The translations under genes and the position numbers were made by a program. A DNA stretch of 64,000 bases from an uncultured Ruminococcus sp. (lineage in GTDB: Bacteria; Bacillota; Clostridia; Oscillospirales; Acutalibacteraceae), in assembly GCA_902792105.1 (NCBI GenBank), contig CADAYK010000001.1, positions 4,823-68,822 on the forward strand. The letters run 5' to 3'. The notes beneath the pieces are model-generated. The model was not told the DNA's origin, did no database searches, and worked only from the letters and a program-made list of their open reading frames with translations. Below are positions 44,876-55,630 of the stretch, in pieces. Numbering within the stretch: the stretch's first letter is position 1; every line of letters begins with the position of its first letter.

Positions 44876-45742
44876 ATGGAATTTTTGATTATTACGGGCG
44901 TGTCGGGGGCAGGCAAAACCTCTGCGCTGCACGTTATGGAGGATTTGGGATACTACTGCGTCGATAATATCCCTTCTTCACTGCTGGCAACGCTTTACGA
45001 GCTGTGCTCAAAATCTCGGGATGAGCTTATGAAAAGGGTTGCGGTCGTTGTTGACGTCAGAGGTCACGACAACTACAAGCAGATGATTTCTCATATTGAG
45101 GATTTTAAAAAAGCCCACTCGGGCGTAAAAATCCTTTATATCGGCGCGAAATCCGATCAAATACTTGTAAGATACAAGGAAACAAGGCGCAAGCATCCGC
45201 TTGCCGACAGGCTTAAGGACGGTTCTGTTGCTGAAGCGGTTGAGTTTGAAAAGGCGTTAATAATGCCTATCAGACGTATTTCGGATTATTCAATCGATAC
45301 TACATATATGTCGAACAAGCAGCTCAGGGAACGCATAACGGCTATGTTCATGGGAAACGCGTTGCAGGGCATAACACTGACCTTTATGTCCTTTGGCTTT
45401 AAATACGGGATCCCGCTTGAAGCTGACGTTATTATTGACGTGCGGTGCCTGCCAAACCCCTTTTACATCCCTGAGCTTAAACACAAAACAGGACTTGATA
45501 CCGAGGTCAGGGATTATGTCCTCAACAGCGAAAACACACAAGAGTTTTTGCGCAGAACTTTCAGTTTTTTTGATTTTTCGGTTCCTCTTTACCAAAAGGA
45601 GGGAAAAAGCGAGCTTGTTGTCGGCGTTGGCTGCACAGGCGGAAAACACCGAAGCGTGACTCTTGTGCGTGAGCTTGACGCTCACTTTCAAAAGCTCGGC
45701 TACCGCTGTGTGCTGCAGCACCGCGATATAAACAAGGATTAG
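44876..45742 (+). CDS. rapZ: RNase adapter RapZ/YvcJ
   Basis: ITGVSGAGKT, SFGFKYG, DVRCLPNP, GCTGGKHRSV. Confidence 0.93.
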   Translation: MEFLIITGVSGAGKTSALHVMEDLGYYCVDNIPSSLLATLYELCSKSRDELMKRVAVVVDVRGHDNYKQMISHIEDFKKAHSGVKILYIGAKSDQILVRYKETRRKHPLADRLKDGSVAEAVEFEKALIMPIRRISDYSIDTTYMSNKQLRERITAMFMGNALQGITLTFMSFGFKYGIPLEADVIIDVRCLPNPFYIPELKHKTGLDTEVRDYVLNSENTQEFLRRTFSFFDFSVPLYQKEGKSELVVGVGCTGGKHRSVTLVRELDAHFQKLGYRCVLQHRDINKD

Positions 45743-45750
45743 GTGAAACC

Positions 45751-46689
45751 GTGTCTTTTTCATCAGATATTAAAAAAGAGCTTTGCTCGTTGCAGCTTTT
45801 TGACCGCGAGGCGTTAAAGGCGGAGCTTTACGGGTTTTTGCTTTTCGGAAAAACATTCTCGTCCGAAAGCATTGTGTTTACAACCGAAAGCTCTCACGCT
45901 TTGAAACGCGCGGTGATGCTGCTTGAAAACCTGTATATGCCGATCATTGAAAAGCAAACCGCGCTCAGGACAAAATCGGGCAGCGGACACCTTTACAAAA
46001 TGAGGCTGATCGACAGCGGCGAATGCGGCAGGATCTTTGAGGACTTCGGACATTCCGCCAACCAGGTCACACTCAGGGTGAACCGTGCGGTGATCGGACG
46101 CGATGAGCTTGCCGCGGCGTTTGTGCGCGGAGTGTTTTTGAGCTGCGGCTCGGTGTCTGATCCGGAAAAGAGTTACCATGCCGAGTTTTGCGTTCCGCAC
46201 AAAAATTTAAGCGCCGATTTGTGCAAAATACTGACCGAGGTAACAGACTGTGTGTTTACACCAAAGACCGTGTCACGCAGCGGCAACTACATAGTGTATT
46301 TTAAGGGAAGCGAGCAAATCTGCGACCTGCTGACTTATATGGGCGCTCCCGTCAGCGCAATGGAAATTATGGGCACAAAGGCTGTTAAGCAGGTTAGGAA
46401 CAACGTGAACCGCCGCATTAACAGCGAGGTTGCCAATATCGGCAAGGTCGCGACTGCCTCGGCAAAGCAGATCGAGGCGATTGAACGCATAAAAAGAACA
46501 AGGGGCTTGGAATCGCTTTCGCCGGATTTAAAGGAAATTGCGTATCTTAGGCTCGAAAATCCCGAAATGTCGCTCAGAGATTTGGGACAAAACCTTAGTC
46601 CGCCCATAAGCAGAAGCGGTGCGAACCACCGTATTCAGCGGCTGCTTGAATTCGCGGATAATATACACGGTACCGGCAATTCGTTTTAA
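45751..46689 (+). CDS. whiA: DNA-binding protein WhiA
   Basis: MSFSSDIKKEL, RGVFLSCGSVSDP, NRRINSEVANI, SRSGANHR. Confidence 0.93.
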   Translation: MSFSSDIKKELCSLQLFDREALKAELYGFLLFGKTFSSESIVFTTESSHALKRAVMLLENLYMPIIEKQTALRTKSGSGHLYKMRLIDSGECGRIFEDFGHSANQVTLRVNRAVIGRDELAAAFVRGVFLSCGSVSDPEKSYHAEFCVPHKNLSADLCKILTEVTDCVFTPKTVSRSGNYIVYFKGSEQICDLLTYMGAPVSAMEIMGTKAVKQVRNNVNRRINSEVANIGKVATASAKQIEAIERIKRTRGLESLSPDLKEIAYLRLENPEMSLRDLGQNLSPPISRSGANHRIQRLLEFADNIHGTGNSF

Positions 46690-46725
46690 TTTCTGTTGCC
46701 GCTTAGTATTACGGAGGAAAAGATT

Positions 46726-46998
46726 ATGGATAACGAACTTTCAATTGAAGCCGCTATGCGGCAGCTTGACGATACCGTGAAGGAGCTTGAAAATCCCGGG
46801 GTGGATTTTACGCGCGGAGTTGAGCTTTATGACCGCGCGGCAGAGCTTTTAAAGTACTGCTTTAAAGAATTTGAAAACGCAAACACAAAAATTACACGGT
46901 TAAACGAAGAGCTTGAAAAGGCGGAACAAAGACTTAGCGGTCACCCGGAGTTTTCGGACGACGCGGCGGATGTTAATGCGGAGGATGATCATGAATAA
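46726..46998 (+). CDS. xseB: exodeoxyribonuclease VII small subunit
   Basis: IEAAMRQLDDTVKELE...GVELYDRA; directly upstream of ispA. Confidence 0.78.
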   Translation: MDNELSIEAAMRQLDDTVKELENPGVDFTRGVELYDRAAELLKYCFKEFENANTKITRLNEELEKAEQRLSGHPEFSDDAADVNAEDDHE

Positions 46999-47866
46999 TA
47001 ATTTTGCAGAATATATCGAAAAAGAGCTGTACAGCTATTTGCCCGACGAAAATTGCAGCGAAAAGGCGCTTATTGAATCGATGAAATACAGCCTTGAGGC
47101 GGGCGGAAAACGCGTGCGCCCCCGGCTTGTGCTCGAGTTTAATAAAATATGCGGAGGAAATCCCGAAGCGGCAATGCCCTTTGCGGCGGCGGTAGAGATG
47201 ATTCACACCTACTCGCTGATCCATGACGACCTTCCGTGTATGGACGACGACGATTTGCGCCGCGGCAAGCCTTCCAACCACAAGGTATACGGCGAGGATA
47301 TTGCGCTGCTTGCGGGCGACGCCCTGCTTACGCTGGCGTTTGAAACATTAACGGGCGACAAGGCTGTTATTTTTGCCGGCGATTCCGCGTGCCGCAGGGC
47401 GGTCAACACCCTTGCAAGGTATTCGGGAGCAAACGGCATGGTCGGCGGTCAGGTTATTGACCTGATGAGCGAAAACCGTCAGGTTGAGCTTGAGCTTATT
47501 CGTGAGATGGATTATAAAAAAACCGCTTGCCTGATCAAGGCGGCGTGCGAGCTCGGCTGTATCAGCGCCGCGGCGGAAAAGGCGCAGGTTTTGGCGGCGT
47601 CGCGCTACGGTGAATGCATTGGGATCGCTTTTCAGATCCGGGACGACATTCTTGACTGCACCTCAACCGATGAACAGCTCGGCAAACCGGTTGGAAGCGA
47701 CTGGGACAAAATGAAGTCAACCTATGTTTCGCACCTCGGCGTTGAAAGATGCAGTCAGCTGGTGAACGAACTGACCGACGCCGCGATCGCATCGCTCAGC
47801 GCGTTTGAGGAGGACACCCAAAACCTCAGGGAGTTCGCACTCAGCCTTGCCAACCGTACAAAATAA
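46991..47866 (+). CDS. ispA: farnesyl diphosphate synthase
   Basis: GGKRVRP, HDDLPCMDDDDLRRG, FQIRDDILD. Confidence 0.92.
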   Translation: MNNNFAEYIEKELYSYLPDENCSEKALIESMKYSLEAGGKRVRPRLVLEFNKICGGNPEAAMPFAAAVEMIHTYSLIHDDLPCMDDDDLRRGKPSNHKVYGEDIALLAGDALLTLAFETLTGDKAVIFAGDSACRRAVNTLARYSGANGMVGGQVIDLMSENRQVELELIREMDYKKTACLIKAACELGCISAAAEKAQVLAASRYGECIGIAFQIRDDILDCTSTDEQLGKPVGSDWDKMKSTYVSHLGVERCSQLVNELTDAAIASLSAFEEDTQNLREFALSLANRTK

Positions 47867-47889
47867 ATAAACACAGGAAATGATAACTT

Positions 47890-49767
47890 ATGAGTGAATA
47901 CAAGCTCCTTCCTTCAATTACCTCGCCTGATGATGTAAAGAAGCTGAAGGAAGATGAAATAGATGAGCTTTGCGGCGAGATACGTGAAAAGCTGATTGAG
48001 GTTGTTTCCGAAAACGGCGGCCACCTTTCGCCCAATTTGGGTGTGGTAGAGCTGACGGTTGCGCTTCACCGCAGCTTCAGCTTTCCGGAAGACAGCATCG
48101 TGTGGGACGTAGGCCATCAAAGCTACACACACAAGCTGCTGACAGGGCGTTTCTTTGAATTTGACACCCTGCGCCAAAAGGACGGGATCTCGGGCTTTCC
48201 GAAACGCGAGGAAAGTATTTACGACGACTTTAACACCGGTCACAGCAGCACCTCGATCTCGGCGGCATTCGGAATTGCCAACGCAAAGCATTTAAGCGGC
48301 GACAACAGCTACACTATCGCCGTTATCGGCGACGGTTCGCTTACGGGCGGACTTGCCTTTGAGGCTGTTAACAATGCCGGCCAGTTCAACAGGAATTTTA
48401 TTGTTGTGCTCAATGACAACAAAATGTCAATTTCAAAAAACGTGGGAGCTATCCCGCGTTATCTTACTACGGTAAGAATTCAGCCGTGGTATATCCGTAT
48501 AAAGAATATTACCATGCGCGTGCTCTCAAAGATTCCGTTTTTCGGAAGAGTTTTAAGAGCCATCCTCAGAAAAAGTAAGTCAAAAATGAAAAACCTTGTG
48601 TATAAAAACACTTTGTTCGACTGCTTTGGCTTTACTTACCTCGGACCTATCGACGGTCATAATATCGATGAGCTTGAAAACGCGTTTAAGTTTGCCAAAA
48701 AAGAAACTCGGCCGGTGCTTTTGCACGTGGTTACCAAAAAGGGTAAGGGTTACAAGCCTGCCGAGGATGATCCGGGCGGATTTCACGGCATCGGACAATT
48801 TGATATTGATTCGGGCGAACCGCTTTCGAGCCACAAGGGATTTTCGGCTGAGTTCGGAAAAACTCTGTGTGAGCTTGCCGACAAGGACGACAAGATTTGC
48901 GCGATAACCGCCGCTATGACAAGCGGAACCGGGCTGAAGGATTTTGCCAAACAGCACAAGCGCAACTTTTTTGACGTGGGAATTGCCGAGGAACACGCGG
49001 TCACCTTCGGCTGCGGACTCGCCTCGCGCGGTTACCGTCCGGTTTTCGCGGTTTACTCAACTTTTTTGCAGCGCGCCTACGATCAGCTTATTCACGACGC
49101 GGCGCTCGGTAAAAACCACATTGTGCTCGGAATCGACCGCGCCGGAATTGTGGGCGACGACGGCGAAACCCATCAGGGCGTTTTTGATGTTTCCATGCTT
49201 AACTCAATACCGGGCTCGACTATCTACTCGCCGACCTATTTTGAGGGGCTGCGCGAATGCTTAAACGACAGCATATATAATTGCGAGGGGCTTGCCGCGG
49301 TGCGCTATCCGCGCGGCGGAGAGCTTTACCGTCCCGACGACTTTACCTCGGAAAGTATAGATTACAATATCTTCGGCAACCCGAATTCGGATTATCTGAT
49401 CGTCACCTACGGCAGAACATTTTCCTATGCCTGCCGTGCCAAGGAGCTTTTAAGTGAGCAGGGCATTGAGGTTTGCATATTAAAGCTTTGCCGTATTAAG
49501 CCGATAAACACTCAGACCGTAAACTTTGCTTCCCGTTTTAAGGATGTATGGTTCTTTGAGGAGGGAATTAAAAACGGCGGTATCGCCAAGAATTTCAGCG
49601 ACCTTCTCGCTCTTACATATTTTTCGGGAAATTATCATATTAAGGCAATCAATGACAAATTTGTGAAGCAGATGTCTGTTAACCAGGCGCTTGCAATGCT
49701 TAAGCTTGACGCCCGGGGTATTGCGGAGGTCATAAAAAAGGATATAGGATATGAAGAAAAGACTTGA
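47890..49767 (+). CDS. dxs: 1-deoxy-D-xylulose-5-phosphate synthase
   Basis: GGHLSPNLGVVELT, WDVGHQ, GDGSLTGG...NDN, GIAEEHA. Confidence 0.96.
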   Translation: MSEYKLLPSITSPDDVKKLKEDEIDELCGEIREKLIEVVSENGGHLSPNLGVVELTVALHRSFSFPEDSIVWDVGHQSYTHKLLTGRFFEFDTLRQKDGISGFPKREESIYDDFNTGHSSTSISAAFGIANAKHLSGDNSYTIAVIGDGSLTGGLAFEAVNNAGQFNRNFIVVLNDNKMSISKNVGAIPRYLTTVRIQPWYIRIKNITMRVLSKIPFFGRVLRAILRKSKSKMKNLVYKNTLFDCFGFTYLGPIDGHNIDELENAFKFAKKETRPVLLHVVTKKGKGYKPAEDDPGGFHGIGQFDIDSGEPLSSHKGFSAEFGKTLCELADKDDKICAITAAMTSGTGLKDFAKQHKRNFFDVGIAEEHAVTFGCGLASRGYRPVFAVYSTFLQRAYDQLIHDAALGKNHIVLGIDRAGIVGDDGETHQGVFDVSMLNSIPGSTIYSPTYFEGLRECLNDSIYNCEGLAAVRYPRGGELYRPDDFTSESIDYNIFGNPNSDYLIVTYGRTFSYACRAKELLSEQGIEVCILKLCRIKPINTQTVNFASRFKDVWFFEEGIKNGGIAKNFSDLLALTYFSGNYHIKAINDKFVKQMSVNQALAMLKLDARGIAEVIKKDIGYEEKT

Positions 49768-50554
49768 CGTGCTTGTGTTTGAGAAGGGGCTTGCCGAAAG
49801 CCGCGAAAAAGCCAAGGCATTGATTATGTCGGGCTTGGTTTATGCAGACAACCAAAAAGCCGACAAATGCGGTACCTCTTACGACGAAAACGTTAAAATA
49901 GAGGTCAGGGGCAGCGCGCTTAAATATGTCAGCCGCGGAGGATTAAAGCTTGAAAAGGCGATCAACAGCTTTGACCTTGACCTTAAGGATAAAATAACAA
50001 TGGATATAGGAGCTTCAACGGGAGGCTTTACCGACTGTATGCTGCAAAACGGCGCAAAAAAGGTGTATTCGATCGACGTCGGCTACGGCCAGCTTGCGTG
50101 GAAGCTGAGAAACGACGAAAGAGTGGTTAACCTTGAACGCACAAATATGCGCAAGGTCACGCGCGAACAGGTGCCCGATGAAATCGACTTTTTCTCGGTT
50201 GATGTTTCGTTCATTTCGCTTAAGCTTATTTTGCCCGTAGCACGTGAGCTTATGGCGGAAAACGCCGAAGCTGTTTGCCTGATAAAGCCGCAGTTTGAAG
50301 CAGGCAGGGGAAAGGTAGGCAAAAAGGGAGTTGTGCGTGACCCGAAGGTACACTGCGAGGTTGTCGCGGATATTTTCGGCTTTTGTCTTGAAAACGGGTT
50401 TGACGTGCTTAACCTTGACTTCTCTCCGATAAAAGGTCCCGAGGGCAACATCGAATATTTGATTTATCTCAGAAAATCGGACGAACCTAAGTCTTACACA
50501 GACGTTACGCCCGAACAGCTTGTTGAGCGTTCACATGCTCAGCTTGATAAATAG
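49751..50554 (+). CDS. tlyA: TlyA-family RNA methyltransferase
   Basis: YVSRGGLKL, DIGASTGGFTD, IKPQFE, GNIEY. Confidence 0.94.
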   Translation: MKKRLDVLVFEKGLAESREKAKALIMSGLVYADNQKADKCGTSYDENVKIEVRGSALKYVSRGGLKLEKAINSFDLDLKDKITMDIGASTGGFTDCMLQNGAKKVYSIDVGYGQLAWKLRNDERVVNLERTNMRKVTREQVPDEIDFFSVDVSFISLKLILPVARELMAENAEAVCLIKPQFEAGRGKVGKKGVVRDPKVHCEVVADIFGFCLENGFDVLNLDFSPIKGPEGNIEYLIYLRKSDEPKSYTDVTPEQLVERSHAQLDK

Positions 50555-50562
50555 GAGATCAC

Positions 50563-51420
50563 ATGAAAATCGCTATTATTGTTAACCTTACAAAAGAAAA
50601 AGCAATTTTGTGCACGCGGGACATTATCGCTTTGCTTAATAAGGGCGGAGCGGATATCCTGATGCCTCCGGAGTGTAAAAATATCTATAAAAACGAAGAC
50701 GTTACCGTGTGCGAAACCATTGAGCAAATGTTTGAGCTCAGCGACATGGCGGTTACCGTGGGCGGTGACGGAACGATCATTCACGCCGCCAAATTCGCCG
50801 CCCGCAGCGATACTCCCCTTATCGGCGTAAACGTGGGAAGACTCGGCTTTGCCGCTAATGTTGAGGTAAATGAGATCGACAGCCTTTCCAGGCTGTTAAG
50901 CGGAGATTACACCCTTGAAAACCGCATTTTGCTTGACGTCGAGGTAAAAAAATCCGGCGAAAGCGAGCATTACCTCGCGGTGAACGACGCTGTTGTTGCT
51001 CACGGCAGGCTTTCAAAAATCGTTGACCTGCATTTGTGGCTTGACGGGCAGGAAATTTCAAAATACCGCGCCGACGGACTGCTGTTTTCAACGCCCACGG
51101 GCTCAACGGCATATTCGCTTTCAGCCGGCGGACCGATCCTCTCGCCGCAGATGGAATGCATATTAATGACGCCGGTGTGTCCTCATTCGCTGTTTTCCCG
51201 TTCGGTGCTGTTTGAGGGCAGCTCACAGCTTGCCGTAACGGTCAATATTCCCGATCAGTGCAGTTGTCTTTTGACCGTGGACGGCGAAAAAAACATAAAT
51301 ATTCTTGAAGAGGATAAGGTAATTATCAGAAAATCAGAGCTTAAGCTAAAGCTTATTTCGGTTAAATCATATAATTTTTACACCAAGCTTAATGAGAAGT
51401 TAAAAGAAAGGGAGCTGTAA
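50563..51420 (+). CDS. nadK: NAD kinase
   Basis: GGDGT, GRLGF, ADGLLFSTPTGSTAYSLSAGGP. Confidence 0.95.
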   Translation: MKIAIIVNLTKEKAILCTRDIIALLNKGGADILMPPECKNIYKNEDVTVCETIEQMFELSDMAVTVGGDGTIIHAAKFAARSDTPLIGVNVGRLGFAANVEVNEIDSLSRLLSGDYTLENRILLDVEVKKSGESEHYLAVNDAVVAHGRLSKIVDLHLWLDGQEISKYRADGLLFSTPTGSTAYSLSAGGPILSPQMECILMTPVCPHSLFSRSVLFEGSSQLAVTVNIPDQCSCLLTVDGEKNINILEEDKVIIRKSELKLKLISVKSYNFYTKLNEKLKEREL

Positions 51421-51863
51421 TGAAAAGCGGACGACATGAAAAAATACTCAGCATAATATCGGAGTATTCAATAGAAACACAGGACGAACTGCTTAAAAAG
51501 CTCAGGGAATCGGGCTACAAGGCAACTCAGGCCACAATTTCGCGCGACATTAAGGAGCTCAGACTTGTTAAAACGCTTGGCAGCGACGGAAAATACCGTT
51601 ACTCTGCTGTTTCAAACAGAACAGATATGCGCTCGAACTTTTCTTCACTTTTTTCGGGAAGCGTCGTGTCGGTCGACAACGCCCAGAACCTTGTGGTAAT
51701 CAAGACTCTCGGCGGAATGGCAAGCGCTCTTTGCGCCGCGCTGGACTCAACGGACAATACCGTGGTCGTAGGTACCATTGCCGGCGACGACACTATTTTT
51801 ATTGCCTGCCGTTCAACCGAAAGCGCCGTGAACCTTTGCGACACTCTTAAGGGGAATCTCTGA
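51420..51863 (+). CDS. argR: arginine repressor
   Basis: TQATISRDIKEL, GTIAGDDT. Confidence 0.95.
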   Translation: MKSGRHEKILSIISEYSIETQDELLKKLRESGYKATQATISRDIKELRLVKTLGSDGKYRYSAVSNRTDMRSNFSSLFSGSVVSVDNAQNLVVIKTLGGMASALCAALDSTDNTVVVGTIAGDDTIFIACRSTESAVNLCDTLKGNL

Positions 51864-51910
51864 AATTTCAGCTGCCCTTAAGCAAATCCATATGTAAAAG
51901 AGATGAAATT

Positions 51911-53566
51911 ATGCTGCAAACCTTGTATATAGAAAACATCGCGGTAATTGAAAAAACTTCGATTGATTTTACCGGCGGACTCAACGTGCTGACCGGCGAA
52001 ACCGGCGCGGGCAAAAGCATTATCATTGACGCTATAAACGCAATTATGGGACAGCGTACCTCGCGCGATATTATCCGCACGGGCGAAAAGTCCGCCTTTG
52101 TCAGCGCGCAGTTTGAGGAAGTGGGAAAAGCGGCGGAGGAAACGCTCCGGGAACTCGGCTTTGAGCTTGAGGACGGTGTTCTTGTTTTACAGCGAACCCT
52201 GAGCGCGAACGGAAAAAGTGTTTGCAAAATCAACGGCAGACCGGCGACTGTTTCCATGCTCAAGGCACTTTCAAACAGCCTTATCAATATTCACGGCCAG
52301 CATGAAAGCTACGCGCTGTTTTCTCCCGAAACACACATTGATTATATTGACAGCTACGGCGGTTGTGAAGAACTGCTTAATTCATATAAAGAAAAATACA
52401 ACAAATATATAATTCTTTCAAAGAAATTAAATCAAGCTGCTTCCGATGAATCCGAGCGGCTCAGAGAAATTGATTTGCTGCAGTTCCAGTCCCGTGAGCT
52501 TTTTGACGCGGATATCCGCCCGGGCGAGGAGGAAGAGCTTGAGGCGGAAAGAACCGCGCTGATGAATTTTGAGAAAATATCCTCGCTGCTGAACAAGGCA
52601 AAGCTTATGCTTGACGGCGACGACTCAAACGGCGGGATCGAATCGCTGGACATCGCCTCAAACGCTATGCAGGCAGCGGCGGAGTATAACGGAGAATACT
52701 CCGAAATTTCCGAGACGCTGACCGATATTTACTATAACCTGCGCGACGTCAGCGAAAGCATATCGGACGCGGTCGACAACCTTGAAAGCGATCCGCAAAG
52801 GCTGGAGGAAATTGAGGAAAGGCTCGATTTGCTTAACCGCCTTACAAGAAAATATAACTGCTCCGTTGACGAGCTGCCGGGGCTTGCCGAGAAAACACAG
52901 GCGAGGCTTGAGGAGCTTTTAAACTATGATAAAAACCGCGACGAGCTTGCAAAAGCTTGTGAAGCCGCGGAAAAACAGGCGCTTGACGCCGCCGGAAAGC
53001 TCAGCCGCCGCCGCAGGGAAGCTGCAAAAACCTTTGCCGGCAGGGTTAGGGAGGAAATGAGCTTTTTGAATATGCCAAATGTTACGCTTGTGCCTTCGTT
53101 TGAGGAAACCGGGCTTAACCCAAAGGGAATCGACAAGGTTGAGCTGCTGATTTCGGCTAACCCCGGTGAAGCTCCGCGCCCCGTAGCGAAAATCGCCTCG
53201 GGCGGCGAGCTTTCACGAATGATGCTTGCGATCAAAACCGTTCTCGCGTCTGCCGACGAGGTCGACACCTTGATTTTTGACGAGGTCGACACGGGAATTT
53301 CGGGCTCTGCCGCCGAAAAGGTAGGGCTTAAGCTGAGGGAGGTTTCAGCCTCCTGCCAGGTGCTCTGCGTAACCCACCAGGCGCAGATCGCCGCGCTTGC
53401 CGACACACACCTGCTGATATCAAAGCAGGTTGAGGGCGGACGCACGTTTACTGCCGTGACTGCGCTCAGCCGCAGCGAACGCGTAAAAGAGCTTGCGCGA
53501 ATAATCGGCGGAGTGAATATCACTCAGGCGGCGCTTTCGCATGCCGAGGATATGCTTAACAGATAA
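51911..53566 (+). CDS. recN: DNA repair protein RecN
   Basis: TGETGAGKS, IHGQH, ASGGELSR, FDEVDTG. Confidence 0.96.
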   Translation: MLQTLYIENIAVIEKTSIDFTGGLNVLTGETGAGKSIIIDAINAIMGQRTSRDIIRTGEKSAFVSAQFEEVGKAAEETLRELGFELEDGVLVLQRTLSANGKSVCKINGRPATVSMLKALSNSLINIHGQHESYALFSPETHIDYIDSYGGCEELLNSYKEKYNKYIILSKKLNQAASDESERLREIDLLQFQSRELFDADIRPGEEEELEAERTALMNFEKISSLLNKAKLMLDGDDSNGGIESLDIASNAMQAAAEYNGEYSEISETLTDIYYNLRDVSESISDAVDNLESDPQRLEEIEERLDLLNRLTRKYNCSVDELPGLAEKTQARLEELLNYDKNRDELAKACEAAEKQALDAAGKLSRRRREAAKTFAGRVREEMSFLNMPNVTLVPSFEETGLNPKGIDKVELLISANPGEAPRPVAKIASGGELSRMMLAIKTVLASADEVDTLIFDEVDTGISGSAAEKVGLKLREVSASCQVLCVTHQAQIAALADTHLLISKQVEGGRTFTAVTALSRSERVKELARIIGGVNITQAALSHAEDMLNR

Positions 53567-53584
53567 ACGAAAGGAAGCTGCCAA

Positions 53585-55630
53585 TTGAAGCTGTGGACAG
53601 TCGCTCCGCTTGACAAGGCGGAGGCTACCTCAATTCAAAATAAATATGATTTGTCTCCTATTATCGCTATGCTTCTGCAAATCAGGAACATCAGAACGCA
53701 GGAAGAAATCGAGGATTTTCTGTTTAACGAGTCCGAAATTGCTTCTCCGTTCGAGATAAAGGACATGGAAAAAGCGGCAAACCGGGTCAACCTCGCTGTT
53801 GACTCGGGCGAATTTATTTGCGTTTACGGCGATTACGACGCCGACGGCGTAACCTCAACCGCTTTGCTGTATTCTTATCTTTCGGCGATCGGCGCGAACG
53901 TGATGTATTACATACCCTCGCGCGAATCCGAGGGCTACGGAATGAATAAAAACGCCGTCGACATACTCAACAGCAAAGGCGTTAAGCTGATCGTGACCGT
54001 GGACAACGGAATTGCCGCTAACGAGGAAATAGCTTACGCGAAATCGCTCGGGATAGAAACGGTTGTTACCGACCACCACACGCCGCTAAAATCTATCCCC
54101 GGCGCCGTTGCCGTGGTTGACCTGCACCAAAAGGACTGCAAAAGCAAGTTTAAGCACCTTTCGGGTGTTGGTGTGGCGTTTAAGCTTATTATGGCGCTTG
54201 AGGGCGAATACTGCAATACCGACGCTTTGCTTGACAATTACGCCGACCTGCTCAGCCTGGGCACTATCGGAGATATCGTTGACCTCCGCGGCGAAAACCG
54301 TGTGTTTGTAAAGCGCGGGCTTCAAAGCCTTTCAAACACCGACCGTCCCGGAATTTCCGCGCTTATAACGGCTTCGGGGCTTGACGACAAACCTCTGACC
54401 GCGGGCAGGGTTTCGTTTACCATCGTTCCGCGAATTAACGCCGCGGGCAGGCTTGGGCTGTCGGAAAAGTCGGTTCAGCTTCTTTTGACTGAGGATGAAC
54501 GCGAGGCGGCTGAAATTGCCGGAGCTATGGATGCCGACAACGCCGAGCGCCGACAGATCGAAAGCAATATAATAGATCAAATCGACGAAATAATAATGAA
54601 AAAGCCTTCGGTTGTTAATGACAGAGTCATTGTGATCGACGGCAAAGACTGGCACCAGGGGGTAATCGGGATCGTTGCGTCCAGAATCAAGGACGCTTAC
54701 GGCAAGCCGGCTATTATTATTTCCGACGACGGGCAAAAAGCGAAGGCTTCCGGCAGAAGTGTTGAGGGGTTCCCGTTGTGTGACGCGGTCGCTTACTGCG
54801 CCGATTTGCTAACGCACTACGGCGGTCACCCCATGGCGGCAGGGCTTTCGCTCGACAGTAAAAATATAGAATTATTCCGCAAAAGAATTAATGAGTTCGC
54901 CGACAACTTCGGCGAAATGCCGTTTGACAGGCTCAACATTGAATGCAAGCTCAATCCGGCGTTTGTTTCGGTTGACATGGTTGACGAGCTTTCGCATCTT
55001 CAACCCTACGGAGCCGGCAATCCTACGCCTGTTTTCGGCTTTTACAATATGAAAATACAGGATATTATTCCTTTATCGAATAATAAACATCTCAGGTTAC
55101 AGCTTGTTCGCAACAATACGAGAATTTCGGCAATGAAGTTTTTCACATCGGTTCAGGAATTCCCCTACAGCACCGGCGATATTATTGACATCGCCGCCAC
55201 GCTGGATGTCAACGAATACGGCGGAAACCGCAGTGTTTCGGTTATCATCAAGGACATAAAGGCTAATTCGGACGACACCGAAAGCATTCTTGAAAGCGGC
55301 AGGGTTTTTGAGGATTTTTGCCGCGGTACGGTAAAGAATAAAGATAAGCTTGCTCAAATTCTTCCTCAGCGAAGCGATTTTGCGGATGTTTACCGTTTTA
55401 TCCGCTCGGTGAGGGAGTATAACCATAAACCCGAGCACATGGTTCATGTGTTTGGAAACAGAATTCCGTACGGAAAAATCAAGGTTATCCTTTACGCGAT
55501 GAGGGAGCTTGGTTTGATTGATTACACCGAGGGGTTAAAACAAAGCAGGGTATGTCTGCGGAATATCGGGGGAAGGGTAGATCTTGAATCCGCCCGCATT
55601 ATCAGGAAAATAAGGGAGGAATTGCAATGA
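53585..55630 (+). CDS. recJ: single-stranded-DNA exonuclease RecJ
   Basis: YGDYDADG, TVDNG, TDHH, PRINAAGR, GGHPMAAG. Confidence 0.95.
   Translation: MKLWTVAPLDKAEATSIQNKYDLSPIIAMLLQIRNIRTQEEIEDFLFNESEIASPFEIKDMEKAANRVNLAVDSGEFICVYGDYDADGVTSTALLYSYLSAIGANVMYYIPSRESEGYGMNKNAVDILNSKGVKLIVTVDNGIAANEEIAYAKSLGIETVVTDHHTPLKSIPGAVAVVDLHQKDCKSKFKHLSGVGVAFKLIMALEGEYCNTDALLDNYADLLSLGTIGDIVDLRGENRVFVKRGLQSLSNTDRPGISALITASGLDDKPLTAGRVSFTIVPRINAAGRLGLSEKSVQLLLTEDEREAAEIAGAMDADNAERRQIESNIIDQIDEIIMKKPSVVNDRVIVIDGKDWHQGVIGIVASRIKDAYGKPAIIISDDGQKAKASGRSVEGFPLCDAVAYCADLLTHYGGHPMAAGLSLDSKNIELFRKRINEFADNFGEMPFDRLNIECKLNPAFVSVDMVDELSHLQPYGAGNPTPVFGFYNMKIQDIIPLSNNKHLRLQLVRNNTRISAMKFFTSVQEFPYSTGDIIDIAATLDVNEYGGNRSVSVIIKDIKANSDDTESILESGRVFEDFCRGTVKNKDKLAQILPQRSDFADVYRFIRSVREYNHKPEHMVHVFGNRIPYGKIKVILYAMRELGLIDYTEGLKQSRVCLRNIGGRVDLESARIIRKIREELQ

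Noticed and set aside
44869-44884. 14-nt complementarity (two G-U pairs) between the candidate sRNA seed and the rapZ start region
   Set aside because: An AU-rich match around a start codon is likely by chance; it needs conservation-based target prediction.
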